Source: Planctomycetota bacterium (lineage in GTDB: Bacteria > Planctomycetota > UBA11346). Taken from it: DNA of 64,000 nucleotides. Positions within the stretch are counted from its first letter, which is position 1. Each line of letters begins with the position of its first letter. The stretch spans positions 1-64,000 of the forward strand of contig JBBQSO010000008.1 of NCBI GenBank assembly GCA_038213805.1, in the 5' to 3' direction. The position numbers and the translations under genes are program-made. Positions 1-11,381 of the stretch are shown here, in pieces. The notes beneath the pieces were generated by a model. That model saw nothing but the letters and a program-made list of their open reading frames with translations, was not told the DNA's origin and did no database searches.

Positions 1-378
1 GGTAGTCGGTGGCATATCCAGGTGGTCGGCCAGTGTGCGGACGCTCCATCGCGATAGGTGGGACGGAGGTTCCGTGCAGACCGTTGAGACCACACGCTGG
101 ATATCAGCAATTGTCCATGCGGGCGGACGGCCGGAGCGCGCGCCGTCTTCCAAGGCGGCGATGCGGCCAGCGTCCCATCGAGTAAGCCATTTGTTCACAT
201 TTCCGAAGTGGCAGCCCAGGCGACGACCGATTTCGCGCTGGTTGACGCCTTCCGAGGCGAGCAGGACGATGCGCGCTCGCTGGGCGAGACCCGCAGGAGA
301 TTGAGGTCGACCGACAATCTCGCAGAGAGCCGAATGCTCAGTGGGGGAGAGACGGACTTTTCGAGCGTTGGCGCGCAT
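1..378 (-). CDS. IS630-family transposase, N-terminal part (runs off the left edge; absent from the ORF track)
   Basis: Manual translation from ATG at 378: MRANARKVRLSPTEH...LAQRARIVLLASEGVNQREIGRRLGCHFGNVNKWLTRWDAGRIAALEDGARSGRPP...HLSRWSVRTLADHLD. RARIVLL, RSGRP and WSVRTLA are typical IS630 HTH motifs. Open to position 1. Confidence 0.85.
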   Translation of the reverse strand, partial: MRANARKVRLSPTEHSALCEIVGRPQSPAGLAQRARIVLLASEGVNQREIGRRLGCHFGNVNKWLTRWDAGRIAALEDGARSGRPPAWTIADIQRVVSTVCTEPPSHLSRWSVRTLADHLDMPPTT

Positions 379-449
379 TCTCTATGCGTAGAGCATCGCA
401 AACGGATTAACAGAGAAAACATGCCGCGAATTTCACGAACGATGTACTA
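1..449 (-). mobile_element. IS630-family insertion sequence, left end (partial)
   Basis: Transposase start at 378, lower GC than the flanks, and a terminus ...tttcacgaacgatgtacTAg at 431-450 ending in CTAG, the TA-centred target typical of IS630. Confidence 0.75.
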
Positions 450-450
450 G

Positions 451-467
451 TCTAGGGTCTAGGGTCT
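451..467. repeat. Heptamer tandem repeat (TCTAGGG)x2.4 next to the IS end
   Basis: tctagggtctagggtct read directly. Confidence 0.6.
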
Positions 468-468
468 T

Positions 469-1476
469 TCATTCCCGCCGAGTCAGCACCCCATCCGCGA
501 TCGCTCCCGCGAGGATCACCACGCCCATCACGGCAAAGGTCAGCGAGGTGTCCCAGCCGAGCAGGTTGACGAGGTTGGGGATGAGCTGGATGAGCACCAC
601 GCCCAGGACGATGCCGACCATCGAACCCTGGCCGCCGCGCAGGCTGCAGCCGGCGACCACCGCGGCGGCGATGCCGTAGAGTTCGTAGAAGTTGCCGTGG
701 TTGCTGGGGGTGATGCCGCCGCTGTCAAAGGCGAAGAGGATCGAGGACAGCGCCGCGGTCAGCCCGCACAGCACGTAGGCGCCGGTGATGACCAGGCCGG
801 TGCGGATGCCGGAGTGGCGCGCGGCTTCTTCATTGTGGCCGACGGCGTAGAGGTGGCGGCCGTAGACCGTGCCGTGCAGCAGCACGCCACCGGCGCCGGC
901 CACCACCAGCATCAACCAGAACGGCATCGGCACGCCGCACCACGCGCCGGTCAGGAATGCCTGCACGCCGTGAAAGCCCTCGCCCGTGCCAAAGCCCTTG
1001 CTGTTGTTGCCGGCGATGAACTGCGCGGTGCCGCGGTAGATGAGCAGGCCGCACAGGGTGACGATGAACGGCCACAGACGCAGACCGGTGATGAGCAGGC
1101 CGTGGCCGAGGCCGAGCAGCCCACCACAAGCGAGGATCAGGGGCAGCGCCAGCCACCACGCCACATGCCAATCGACAAGCAGGAAGCACTGCAGGATGCC
1201 GAGCAGCGCGAACAGCGAGCCCACCGACAGGTCGATGCCGCCGGTGATGATCACCAGGCCCAGCCCGACCGCGAAGATGCCGCTCATGCCGACGCGCCGC
1301 GCCAGGTTCTGCAGGTTCTGCCCGGTGAGGAACTGCGGGCTGGCCAGCGCCAGCGCGGTGCCGACCACCAGCAGCAGCCCGAGCACGGCGAGTTCGCGGC
1401 GCCACGGCGCCAGGCGCGCGGCGAGGGTCGGGGCGTGCGACGCCCGCAACGGAGGTGTGGGCTGGGGCTGGTTCAT
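469..1476 (-). CDS. Sugar ABC transporter permease (RbsC/CUT2 family)
   Basis: GGIDLSVG, YGRHLYAVGHNEEAARHSGI and YELYGIAAAVVAGCSLRGGQGS motifs; hydrophobic throughout. Confidence 0.95.
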   Translation of the reverse strand: MNQPQPTPPLRASHAPTLAARLAPWRRELAVLGLLLVVGTALALASPQFLTGQNLQNLARRVGMSGIFAVGLGLVIITGGIDLSVGSLFALLGILQCFLLVDWHVAWWLALPLILACGGLLGLGHGLLITGLRLWPFIVTLCGLLIYRGTAQFIAGNNSKGFGTGEGFHGVQAFLTGAWCGVPMPFWLMLVVAGAGGVLLHGTVYGRHLYAVGHNEEAARHSGIRTGLVITGAYVLCGLTAALSSILFAFDSGGITPSNHGNFYELYGIAAAVVAGCSLRGGQGSMVGIVLGVVLIQLIPNLVNLLGWDTSLTFAVMGVVILAGAIADGVLTRRE

Positions 1477-3002
1477 GGGACCTTCTCGGGCTCGCGGGCG
1501 ATGGCCAGGTGCATGACCGCCTCTTCAGTGATGGCGGCACCGACGAGGATGCCGGCGAGCGCGCCCTCGTGCATCACCGCCACGCGGTCGCTCTGGCCGA
1601 TGACCTCCTCCATGTCGGAGCTGATCATCAGCACCGCGGCGCCGGCCGCGGTGAGACGGCGCATCAGCGCGTAGATCTCGTGCTTGGCGCCGACGTCGAC
1701 GCCGCGCGTCGGCTCGTCGAGGATGATGACCTGGGGTGCGGTGGCCAGCCACTTGGCGAGTACCACTTTCTGCTGGTTGCCGCCGCTCAACCCCGCCGCG
1801 CGGGTTTCGCCCGAGGCGGTGCGGATGCCGAGCGCGGCGATGGCCGCGGCGCAGGCCACGCGCTCGCTGGATCGGCTGACCAGGCCGCGGCGCCGGTGGC
1901 GCTTCAGGGTCGCGAGAGTGACGTTCTCGCGCACCGCCATCGCCGTCACCAGGCCGGCGAGCTTGCGGTCCTCGGGCACCAGCGCGAGCCCGGCGCGGAT
2001 GGCATCGGACGGGCAGCGCACGCGCAGCGGCCGGCCGTCGAGGGTCAGGTCGCCGGCGAGCGCGCGGTCGATGCCGAAAACCGCGCGCGCCAGTTCGCTG
2101 CGTCCCGCGCCGACCAGGCCGGCAAGGCCGAGGACTTCGCCGCGGCGCACGTCGAGGTCGACCGTGTGCGCCGGCCAGGCCGCGGTGCGCAGGCCCCGGA
2201 TCACCAGGCCGCCGGCCCCAGCGGGTCCCACTGCGCGCGCCGGCGCAGGCGGCAGGTCGCGGCCGACCATCAGGCGCACCAGGTTGGCGTGGGTCAGCTC
2301 GCCGCCGGCCAGGGTGCCGGCGTTGCGGCCATCGCGCAGCACCACCGCGCGCCGGCAGCAGGCGGTCAGCTCGTGCAGGCGGTGCGAGATGTAGACCACC
2401 GCGTGCCCGTGCGCGGCGAGATCGGCGATGATCGCGAGCAGGCGCGCGGCCTCGGTAAGCGTCAGCGACGAGGTCGGCTCGTCCATGATGATCAGGCGCG
2501 CGTCCAGCGATAACGCCTTGGCGATCTCGACCAGCTGGCGCTGCGCCAGCGACAGGCGCGCGAGCGGCGTCGCCGGATCGAGGTCGAGGCCGACGCGCGC
2601 CAGGATCGGCGCGGTGGCGCGGCGCATGGCCGCGCGGTCGAGCAGCACGCCCGCGCGGCGCGGTTCGCGCCCGAGCAGCACGTTGCCGGCGATGTCGAGG
2701 TTGCCGAAGCCGTTCAGCTCCTGGTGCACGAAGGCGATGCCCAGGGCGGTGGCGGCGGCGACCGACGCGATGTGCGCCGGCCGCCCTGCGAAGCGGATCG
2801 TCCCGCCATCCGGGTGGTGCACGCCGCCCAGGATCTTCATCAGGGTGGATTTTCCCGCGCCGTTCTCGCCCATCAGCCCGACCACCTCGCCGGGAGCGAC
2901 GCTGAAGTCGACCCCGTGCAGGGCGGTGACGCCGGCGAAGCGCTTGACGATGCCGGTCATCTCCAGCAGCGGCGGTGCCGCCGCATCCGCGCCGGCCGCC
3001 AT
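1473..3002 (-). CDS. Sugar ABC transporter ATP-binding protein (RbsA/CUT2, two ABC domains)
   Basis: GENGAGKST Walker A, IIMDEPT, LSGGNQQKVVLAKW and LDEPTRGVDVGAK. Start placed at the ATG overlapping the upstream TGA (TGATG). Confidence 0.95.
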   Translation of the reverse strand: MAAGADAAAPPLLEMTGIVKRFAGVTALHGVDFSVAPGEVVGLMGENGAGKSTLMKILGGVHHPDGGTIRFAGRPAHIASVAAATALGIAFVHQELNGFGNLDIAGNVLLGREPRRAGVLLDRAAMRRATAPILARVGLDLDPATPLARLSLAQRQLVEIAKALSLDARLIIMDEPTSSLTLTEAARLLAIIADLAAHGHAVVYISHRLHELTACCRRAVVLRDGRNAGTLAGGELTHANLVRLMVGRDLPPAPARAVGPAGAGGLVIRGLRTAAWPAHTVDLDVRRGEVLGLAGLVGAGRSELARAVFGIDRALAGDLTLDGRPLRVRCPSDAIRAGLALVPEDRKLAGLVTAMAVRENVTLATLKRHRRRGLVSRSSERVACAAAIAALGIRTASGETRAAGLSGGNQQKVVLAKWLATAPQVIILDEPTRGVDVGAKHEIYALMRRLTAAGAAVLMISSDMEEVIGQSDRVAVMHEGALAGILVGAAITEEAVMHLAIAREPEKVP

Positions 3003-4000
3003 CACTTGCCGCGCAGCTTCTTCAGCTTGGCCGCGAAGGCCGCGACGTCGGCGGCGCGGATGGACTGGGTGGGGACGTAGATGTGCTTGTCGGCCGGGAT
3101 GAACGACGCATCGCCGCCGAGCTGGCGCGCGAGCAGCTTCAGCGACTGGTAGCCGAACTCGTAGGGCTGCTGCACGATGGTGCCCTGCACCGTGCCGGCG
3201 GTGATGCCGGCGAGGGTCTCGTCCTCCTCGTCGAAGGACACCACCTTGACCTTGCCGAGCTTGTCGGCGTCCTTCAGCGCGCTGAGGATGGCCGGGACGT
3301 TGTAGGCCCACAGCCCGACCATCCCGGCGACCTCGGGGTGGCTGACCAGGGTGTCGGCGGCGTTGGCCTTGGCGCGCGCGCGGTCACCGTCGTCGGCACG
3401 CAGGTCGAGGATGGTGACGTTGCTGCCGGTCAGCGCCTCCTTCAGGCCCTGGAAGCGCTCGATGGCGTTCTGCTGGTCCTTCTTGCCGACGAAGACCATG
3501 ATCGCGCCGCCGCCCGGCAGGGCCTCCTTGACCAACTCACCCGCGGCGCGGCCGGCGGCGACGTTGTCGGTGCCAAGGTAGTAGGCGCGCTTCGAGGCGG
3601 GCGCATCGCTGTCCTGGCAGATCAGCAGCGCCTTCTCCGCCGCCTGGTCGAGCATCGCGGTCTGGTTGCCGGCATCGACCGGACTGATGGCGATGCCGAC
3701 CGCGCCCTTCACCAGCAGGTCCTCGACGATCTCCTTCTGCTTGGCGGCGGTGCCGTCGCCGATGCGGAACTCGAGGGTGTAGCCCGGCAGCTCCTTCTGG
3801 GCCGCCTCGGCGCCGGCGCGCGCGAGGTTCCAGAAGTCGGCCGAGAGATTGGTGACGAAGCCCAGGGTACGCACCGGTGCGGCCGCGTTGGCGGCGCCCG
3901 GGGCAGCGGCGTGCGGGTCATCGCCGCAGCCGGCGAGCAGCAGCAGGGCGAGGGCGGCCAGGCCCAGGCCGGGGGCCGGGCGGGATGCGATGGGACTCAT
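3002..4000 (-). CDS. Sugar ABC transporter substrate-binding lipoprotein (RbsB-like)
   Basis: Lipobox LLAGC; GIAISPVD, YLGTDNVAAG and IVQQPYEFGY periplasmic-binding-protein type I motifs. Confidence 0.93.
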   Translation of the reverse strand: MSPIASRPAPGLGLAALALLLLAGCGDDPHAAAPGAANAAAPVRTLGFVTNLSADFWNLARAGAEAAQKELPGYTLEFRIGDGTAAKQKEIVEDLLVKGAVGIAISPVDAGNQTAMLDQAAEKALLICQDSDAPASKRAYYLGTDNVAAGRAAGELVKEALPGGGAIMVFVGKKDQQNAIERFQGLKEALTGSNVTILDLRADDGDRARAKANAADTLVSHPEVAGMVGLWAYNVPAILSALKDADKLGKVKVVSFDEEDETLAGITAGTVQGTIVQQPYEFGYQSLKLLARQLGGDASFIPADKHIYVPTQSIRAADVAAFAAKLKKLRGK

Positions 4001-4085
4001 GGGATTCTCCGGAAGGATGGCGGCGGCGATGCGCAGGACGATAGCGGCGGGTGGCGGCGGGGACAACCGCTCCTGGCCCGCCACG

Positions 4086-4973
4086 TCAAGACGGGTGTCG
4101 CTCAGCGACCAGCTGCGCACCGCCCTGGAAGATCTCCTCCAGGGCTAAACGCATTACACCGGGGTCCGGCTCGATCCCGGTCCAATACCGGATCCCTATG
4201 ACGCCTTGCCCGACCAGCATGGCCAAGCCGTCGACCACGCGGCAGCCACGCGCCTGGGCCGCGCGCAGCAGTCCCGTCACGGGCGGGTTGGGGATGACGT
4301 CGGCGACCACCATGCGCGGCCGCAGGGTGGTGACGTCGAGCGGCAGGCGCGCGTCGCCGAGCGGATGCAGGCCGATGGAAGTGGCGTTGACCACCAGGTC
4401 GACGTCGCCCGGGACGGCGTAGTCGCCGATCCACGCCACGCCCTCAGCGGCGACGCGCAGACGGGCGCGTAGCAATTCGACCAACTCGCGGCCGCGCTGT
4501 TCGCCGCGGTTGACGATGATGAACGAGGTCGCGCCGGCCAGGGCCAGCTCGACGGCAATCGCGCGCGCGGCTCCGCCGGCACCAAAAATGACCACGCGCT
4601 TGCCGGTGGGATCCGCCACGCCCCGCAGCGCCTGCAGGAAGCCCTTGCCGTCGGTGTTCTCGCCGATCAGGCGGTCGCCGCGCCGCACCACGCAGTTGAC
4701 CGCGCCCATCAGCGCCGCCGACTCGCCCAGGCCATCGAGGTGGGGGATGACCGCCAGCTTGTGCGGCTGCGTGCAATTGAAGCCGCGGAAGCCCATGGCG
4801 CGCGCACCGCGCACCGCGGCCGCGAGATCCGCCGGCGCGATCTCGAGGGTGAGGTAGCGCCAGGGCAGGCCGTGGTGACGGTAGGCCGCCTCGACCATCG
4901 GCTGCGACGGGTTCTCGGCGATCGGCTGGCCGAACACGCCGGTCAGCTCCTGCTTGAAGTTCGGGCTGCTCAT
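4086..4973 (-). CDS. aroE: Shikimate dehydrogenase-family oxidoreductase (non-canonical AroE paralog)
   Basis: GFNCTQPHK, GAVNCV, GENTDGKG, GAGGAARA, VNATSIG and DGLAMLVGQG. TGATG-coupled to the upstream gene. Confidence 0.85.
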   Translation of the reverse strand: MSSPNFKQELTGVFGQPIAENPSQPMVEAAYRHHGLPWRYLTLEIAPADLAAAVRGARAMGFRGFNCTQPHKLAVIPHLDGLGESAALMGAVNCVVRRGDRLIGENTDGKGFLQALRGVADPTGKRVVIFGAGGAARAIAVELALAGATSFIIVNRGEQRGRELVELLRARLRVAAEGVAWIGDYAVPGDVDLVVNATSIGLHPLGDARLPLDVTTLRPRMVVADVIPNPPVTGLLRAAQARGCRVVDGLAMLVGQGVIGIRYWTGIEPDPGVMRLALEEIFQGGAQLVAERHPS

Positions 4974-5926
4974 CAGCGCAGCGCCTCGCCGCCCAGGACT
5001 TTCCCGTCCGTCGCGAAAACGTGGAAATTGTGGATGTGGCCGCCGTCCTTCGGCGCGTAGGTCCACACTACTTTCTTATCGGGGGTGACCTCGAAGAGCT
5101 TGACCTCACCGGCGCCGCCGGCGGCGTAGCTGTTGATGATGGTGTTGCCGTTCGCCAGGCGCTGCACGCCGCAGGCGTCCTTGATGATGCCGCCCACGTC
5201 CTGGTTGGTGATCTCCCACACGCGCTTGCCCGAGGGTGCGAACTCGGCGACGGTGTTGGCGTGGGTCAGGCCCGCGAGGGTGTTGCCATCCGGCAGGCGG
5301 ATGGCGGTGAACGGCCAGGTCTCGGCGTGGTGCGCGCTGTCGCCGGGGGCGGTGGTGTCGATGGCGTCGAGCACTGTGCCGTCCTTGCCGTAGTGCTTGA
5401 TGGCGAAGGCCAGCAGGTGCGGCACCAGATAGGTGCCGTCGGGCTGCTTGCGCGCCATGCGCGTCTGCATGTGCGAGTTGTCGGTCTGCGGCTGCAGCGC
5501 GATCTCGACCAGCACCTTGCCGCTGGCGTCGAGCTCAAGCAGGCGCGGCTTGCGACCCTCCTCGGTCACGACGTAGGTGCCGGCGGGGGTCTTCTGCACG
5601 CTGGCCAGCTCGTCCTGGGTGCCTTTGTATTCCCAGACGATCTTACGCTCACGCGTCACCTCGATGGCGCCGCCGCCGGGATACGGGCCGCTCTTGCCGA
5701 TGGCGAGCAGCACGTTGCCGTCGGGCAGCACCCAGCCCTCGCGGCTGGGCAGCGGGTAGTCCCAGGTCATGGTGCCCGCCGCGCCGCCGCTGGCGCCCTC
5801 GATGATCATGGTGTGGTCGCCGGTGGCGAGGAAGGAGTGGCTGGGCGCGGCGGCGTCCGCCGCGCGGGCGCACGGCGCAGCCAAGCAGGCGGAGGCGGCG
5901 AGCAGGAAGGCGAGAGGCTGGCGCAT
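4973..5926 (-). CDS. Secreted beta-propeller protein (PQQ/arylsulfotransferase-like repeats)
   Basis: Signal peptide; repeated LPDGNxL...ExxxxxKxVW blades. Confidence 0.75.
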   Translation of the reverse strand: MRQPLAFLLAASACLAAPCARAADAAAPSHSFLATGDHTMIIEGASGGAAGTMTWDYPLPSREGWVLPDGNVLLAIGKSGPYPGGGAIEVTRERKIVWEYKGTQDELASVQKTPAGTYVVTEEGRKPRLLELDASGKVLVEIALQPQTDNSHMQTRMARKQPDGTYLVPHLLAFAIKHYGKDGTVLDAIDTTAPGDSAHHAETWPFTAIRLPDGNTLAGLTHANTVAEFAPSGKRVWEITNQDVGGIIKDACGVQRLANGNTIINSYAAGGAGEVKLFEVTPDKKVVWTYAPKDGGHIHNFHVFATDGKVLGGEALR

Positions 5927-6145
5927 GGGATATCCTGGGGCCGGAGGTGGAGGGGCCGTAACTGCCAGGGCTTAACCCGGCCGGGGATCCCCCGTTTAGG
6001 CATTTCCCGGCGGGGGCTTCAACTTTCCCGCAGGCGGTGTATCGTTTTGCGCAATGACTGCGCCGGGTCCAGAAATCTCCCCACCGCTCACCGCGCACCT
6101 TCTATCAGCCGCACGCGGAGCCCGCGCGCCGGCGCGGGTCCGCGC

Positions 6146-7312
6146 ATGAAGGCCCTGCGCCGCGTCGCCCTGCTGATGGACATCCGCACCGCCTATGACC
6201 ACGGCGTGGCGCGTGGCATCATGCGCTATGCACGCGACCGCAGCACGTGGCGACTGTTTGGCCACGGCTGGACCTTCAACCAGGTGCGCGATGCGCGCAC
6301 CTGGGACGGTCATGGCATCATCACGCGCATCCACCACCCGACCGAGGCGCACGCGCTGCTCGCGCTGGGGGTGCCGGTGGTCGACGTCTGCCGCACCACC
6401 CCGCACCCACAGGTGCACTCGGCGGCCAACGATGACGTCGAGGCCGGGCGCCTGGCGGGGCGCCATCACCTCGGCAACGGCCACCGTCATTTCGCCTACT
6501 GCGGCGCCGACATCGGCCTGTGGTCGCAGCGCCGCCGCAGCGGTTTCGCCGCCGGCATCGGCATCGCGGAGGAGCACCTACCGACTTTCCTGCACCCCGA
6601 CGCCTGGTGGCGGCGCCCGGGCCGCGCATCGCGCGCGCTCACCGACTGGCTGCGGCGGCTGCCCCTGCCGGTGGCGATCTTCGCCGGCAACGACTACATC
6701 GGCGTGAAGTTGGCGAACGCCTGCGCCCAGCTTGGCCTGACCGTGCCCGACCAGGTCGCGCTGGTCGGCGTCGACAACGAGGAGGTGCTCTGCGAGTTCG
6801 CCAACCCGCCGTTGTCGAGCGTGCCCTGCGACACTGAGCGCATGGGCTATGCCGCTGCGCGCCTGCTCGACCGCCTGATGGAGGGCGGCGAGTCCACGCC
6901 GGCGCAGCACATCGCCATCCCGCCGCTGCCGCTGGTGGTGCGCGCCTCCAGCAACCGTTTCACCACCAGCGACGCCGCGGTGCTGGCCGCGCTGCGCCGC
7001 ATCCACCACGGCGGCGGGCTTGATCTGGGCGTGCCCGAGGCGGTGGCCGCCACCGGCCTCTCGCGGCGCGCGCTCGAGCTACGCTTCCGCAGCGAGATGG
7101 GCCGCTCCATCCACGACGAGATCATCCGCGCACGCCTGCTCTGCGCCTGCCAACTGCTCACCACCACCGCCGATCCGATCCGCACGGTCGCCACCGCCAG
7201 CGGCTTCGCCAGCGCGCCGCGCTTCCACCAGGTCTTCCGCACCCACCTCGGCATGCCGCCGACGGACTACCGCCGCCGCCACCGGCCGGAGCGGGAGCGG
7301 ACGACCGGATAG
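6146..7312 (+). CDS. XylR-type transcriptional regulator (LacI-like sensor plus C-terminal AraC HTH)
   Basis: VPDQVALVGVDNEE, PPLSSV, SRRALELRFR and SGFASAPRFHQVFRTHLGMPPTDYR. Divergent from the ABC operon. Confidence 0.92.
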   Translation: MKALRRVALLMDIRTAYDHGVARGIMRYARDRSTWRLFGHGWTFNQVRDARTWDGHGIITRIHHPTEAHALLALGVPVVDVCRTTPHPQVHSAANDDVEAGRLAGRHHLGNGHRHFAYCGADIGLWSQRRRSGFAAGIGIAEEHLPTFLHPDAWWRRPGRASRALTDWLRRLPLPVAIFAGNDYIGVKLANACAQLGLTVPDQVALVGVDNEEVLCEFANPPLSSVPCDTERMGYAAARLLDRLMEGGESTPAQHIAIPPLPLVVRASSNRFTTSDAAVLAALRRIHHGGGLDLGVPEAVAATGLSRRALELRFRSEMGRSIHDEIIRARLLCACQLLTTTADPIRTVATASGFASAPRFHQVFRTHLGMPPTDYRRRHRPERERTTG

Positions 7313-7333
7313 GGCGGCAGCGGGCCAGGACAA

Positions 7334-7505
7334 CCGGATAGAACAGGAGGCGCGGAGACGCGGAGAACGGAGGAGGACGAAGTGCGAAGGCTCCGAATCA
7401 TCCAGTCAGCAGGCGCCGGAACCTGCATGAGGCGCGGGTCGTGGATCGACCCAACCGTCTGGTCGCCGCCTCTCCCCTCCGCGTCTCCGCGGCTGTTTTA
7501 TCCGG
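7334..7505. repeat. Inverted-repeat element with (GCGGAGAC)2 arms
   Basis: ccggatagaacag...gcggagacgcggag (7334-7365) versus ctccgcgtctccgc..ctgttttatccgg (7477-7505), between convergent genes. Confidence 0.75.
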
Positions 7506-7521
7506 CTCTCCGCATCATCTC

Positions 7522-8274
7522 TCACTTGCCAAAGAAGGCGTCCGGGATGTCTTTGGGCGTGATCTCGGTCACCGCCCAGCGGTGGGTGACCTCGCCGGTG
7601 GTGTATTCGACCAGCGCCGGCAGGCCGGGCAGGGCGGCGAGGGCGATGGGGATGGTGTCTTTGTCGTCGCCGCCTGCGGACAGGCCCAGGGCGTAGGGGT
7701 TGGGGAGGTCGGGGATGACCAGCACCTGGCAGGTCTTGCCCTCGGCGCGCACCGTGACGCGGCGCGCGCGGCGCTCCAGCCACGGCACCTCCGGCGCTGA
7801 CTTGTCGAGTTCGTGGGTCTCGGGCAGGGGCGATAGCTGGAGGTCGTCGCGTTTTCCGGCGGCCTCGACCACCGCCGTGCCGCGCTCACGGTCGATCCGC
7901 ATGGTGACGCCTGAGCGGCCCTGCACCGACATGCGGCCGCCCTTGATGGTGTAGACCGTCGAACCCAGGACCAGCGAGCCGCCCGCACCGCCGCCGGCCA
8001 GGGCGACGCGTTCGAGCTCGGCCTCGAATGTACCGACGTCCTCAAGCAGGAAGCGCGCGACCAGCGGCGGGGCGGTGCGCACCTCGGCGTGCGCCTTCTG
8101 CAGCCGCTCCTCAAGCAGCTTGGCGTAATCGTTGAGTTCGACCTTGTCGGCCCCCCCGATGATCGCCGGCCCCGCCATGCTCTCGACCAGCACCAGGGTC
8201 CCCGACCAGGGCTGCTCCGCGCCGTCAACCAGTCCGGTCAGGACGCACCAGCAGAAGAGGGCACAACGCAACAT
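7522..8274 (-). CDS. Secreted hypothetical protein (DUF4412/GLPGLI-like C-terminus)
   Basis: Signal peptide; C-terminal [13 protein letters not shown]...[14 protein letters not shown]; host-like codon usage. Confidence 0.6.
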   Translation of the reverse strand: MLRCALFCWCVLTGLVDGAEQPWSGTLVLVESMAGPAIIGGADKVELNDYAKLLEERLQKAHAEVRTAPPLVARFLLEDVGTFEAELERVALAGGGAGGSLVLGSTVYTIKGGRMSVQGRSGVTMRIDRERGTAVVEAAGKRDDLQLSPLPETHELDKSAPEVPWLERRARRVTVRAEGKTCQVLVIPDLPNPYALGLSAGGDDKDTIPIALAALPGLPALVEYTTGEVTHRWAVTEITPKDIPDAFFGK

Positions 8275-8545
8275 GCCCTCCTCCTACCACCCCACCCGCC
8301 GCCAGCAATCCCACTCGTCCCGAGCCCTCGTGCATGGACACTCCCCGAGACCCCGGTGTCGAGTCTCCAGTCTCGCGCCCAGTGCCCCCCTTCCCCCATT
8401 CCGCCCCCCATTCCGACAACCCACCCTTCCCCCACCCCAGCCCCCGCATGCCTGCCCGGCTCCCCCCTTGCCCCCTGGGCCAGAGTCCAACAATGCGCCC
8501 TCCCCTGGGACACCCCCTGTCCCGGCCAGCGACCCGGAGCGCGTG

Positions 8546-9454
8546 ATGGACCACCTGGACCAGCTCGAACAGCAGAGCGTCTACATCTTCCGCGAAGCCT
8601 TCCGCCACTTCGAGCGGATGTGCATGCTGTGGTCGATCGGCAAGGACTCGACCGTGCTGCTGTGGCTGGCCCGCAAGGCCTTCTTCGGGCACATCCCCTT
8701 CCCGCTCGTGCACATCGACACCAGCTACAAGCTGCCGGAGATGATCCAGTACCGCGACCGCCTCGCGCTGGAGTACAAGCTGACCATGATCGTCGGTCAG
8801 GACGAGGCCACCCTCGCCGCCGGCGCGACCTATCCGGCCACCGCCCACCTCGCCGCTGACGATCCGCGCAAAGTGACGCGCAAGCAGTGCTGCGGCGCGC
8901 TCAAGTCGGGCGCGCTGAAAGCCACGCTCCAGGGCACCGGCGTGCGCCGCAAGCTCAACCTCGCGACCGGCGCCTACGACATCGACGCCGACCGCGAACC
9001 GTGGCACGGCGTGATCGTCGGCGCGCGCAGTGACGAGGAGGGCAGCCGCTCGAAGGAGCGCTACTTCAGCCCGCGTGACAAGAACAACGCCTGGGACGTC
9101 GGCGACCAGCCGCCTGAGTTGTGGAACCAGTTCAAGACCGATTTCGCGCCGGGCACGCACGTGCGCATCCACCCGCTGCTCGACTGGACCGAACTCAATA
9201 TCTGGGAATACATCAAGCGCGAGAGCATCCCGACGGTTTCGCTGTACTACGATCAGGGCGACGGCAAGCGCTACCGCTCGCTCGGCTGCGGTCCCTGCCA
9301 GACGCCGATCGAGTCGACCGCCAAGAATGTCGACGACATCATCGCGGAGCTGCGCAGCGGCAAGCTCCGCAACATCGCGGAGCGCTCCGGACGCGCCCAG
9401 GACCAGGAAGGCCGCGGGGGTCTGGAAGACCTGCGCCGCGACGGATACATGTAG
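8546..9454 (+). CDS. cysD: Sulfate adenylyltransferase subunit 2
   Basis: [26 protein letters not shown]-motif, [21 protein letters not shown] and [17 protein letters not shown]. Confidence 0.93.
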   Translation: MDHLDQLEQQSVYIFREAFRHFERMCMLWSIGKDSTVLLWLARKAFFGHIPFPLVHIDTSYKLPEMIQYRDRLALEYKLTMIVGQDEATLAAGATYPATAHLAADDPRKVTRKQCCGALKSGALKATLQGTGVRRKLNLATGAYDIDADREPWHGVIVGARSDEEGSRSKERYFSPRDKNNAWDVGDQPPELWNQFKTDFAPGTHVRIHPLLDWTELNIWEYIKRESIPTVSLYYDQGDGKRYRSLGCGPCQTPIESTAKNVDDIIAELRSGKLRNIAERSGRAQDQEGRGGLEDLRRDGYM

Positions 9455-9512
9455 GAGGGTCCGGAAGTCCGGAAGTCCGGAAGTCTCACGAACCCACATT
9501 GGCACCGCTCCC

Positions 9513-11381
<1,869 letters not shown>

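Noticed and set aside
5021..6145. N-terminal 375 aa of the 763-aa ORF
   Set aside because: Antisense shadow of the beta-propeller gene; the regulator homology begins at ATG 6146.
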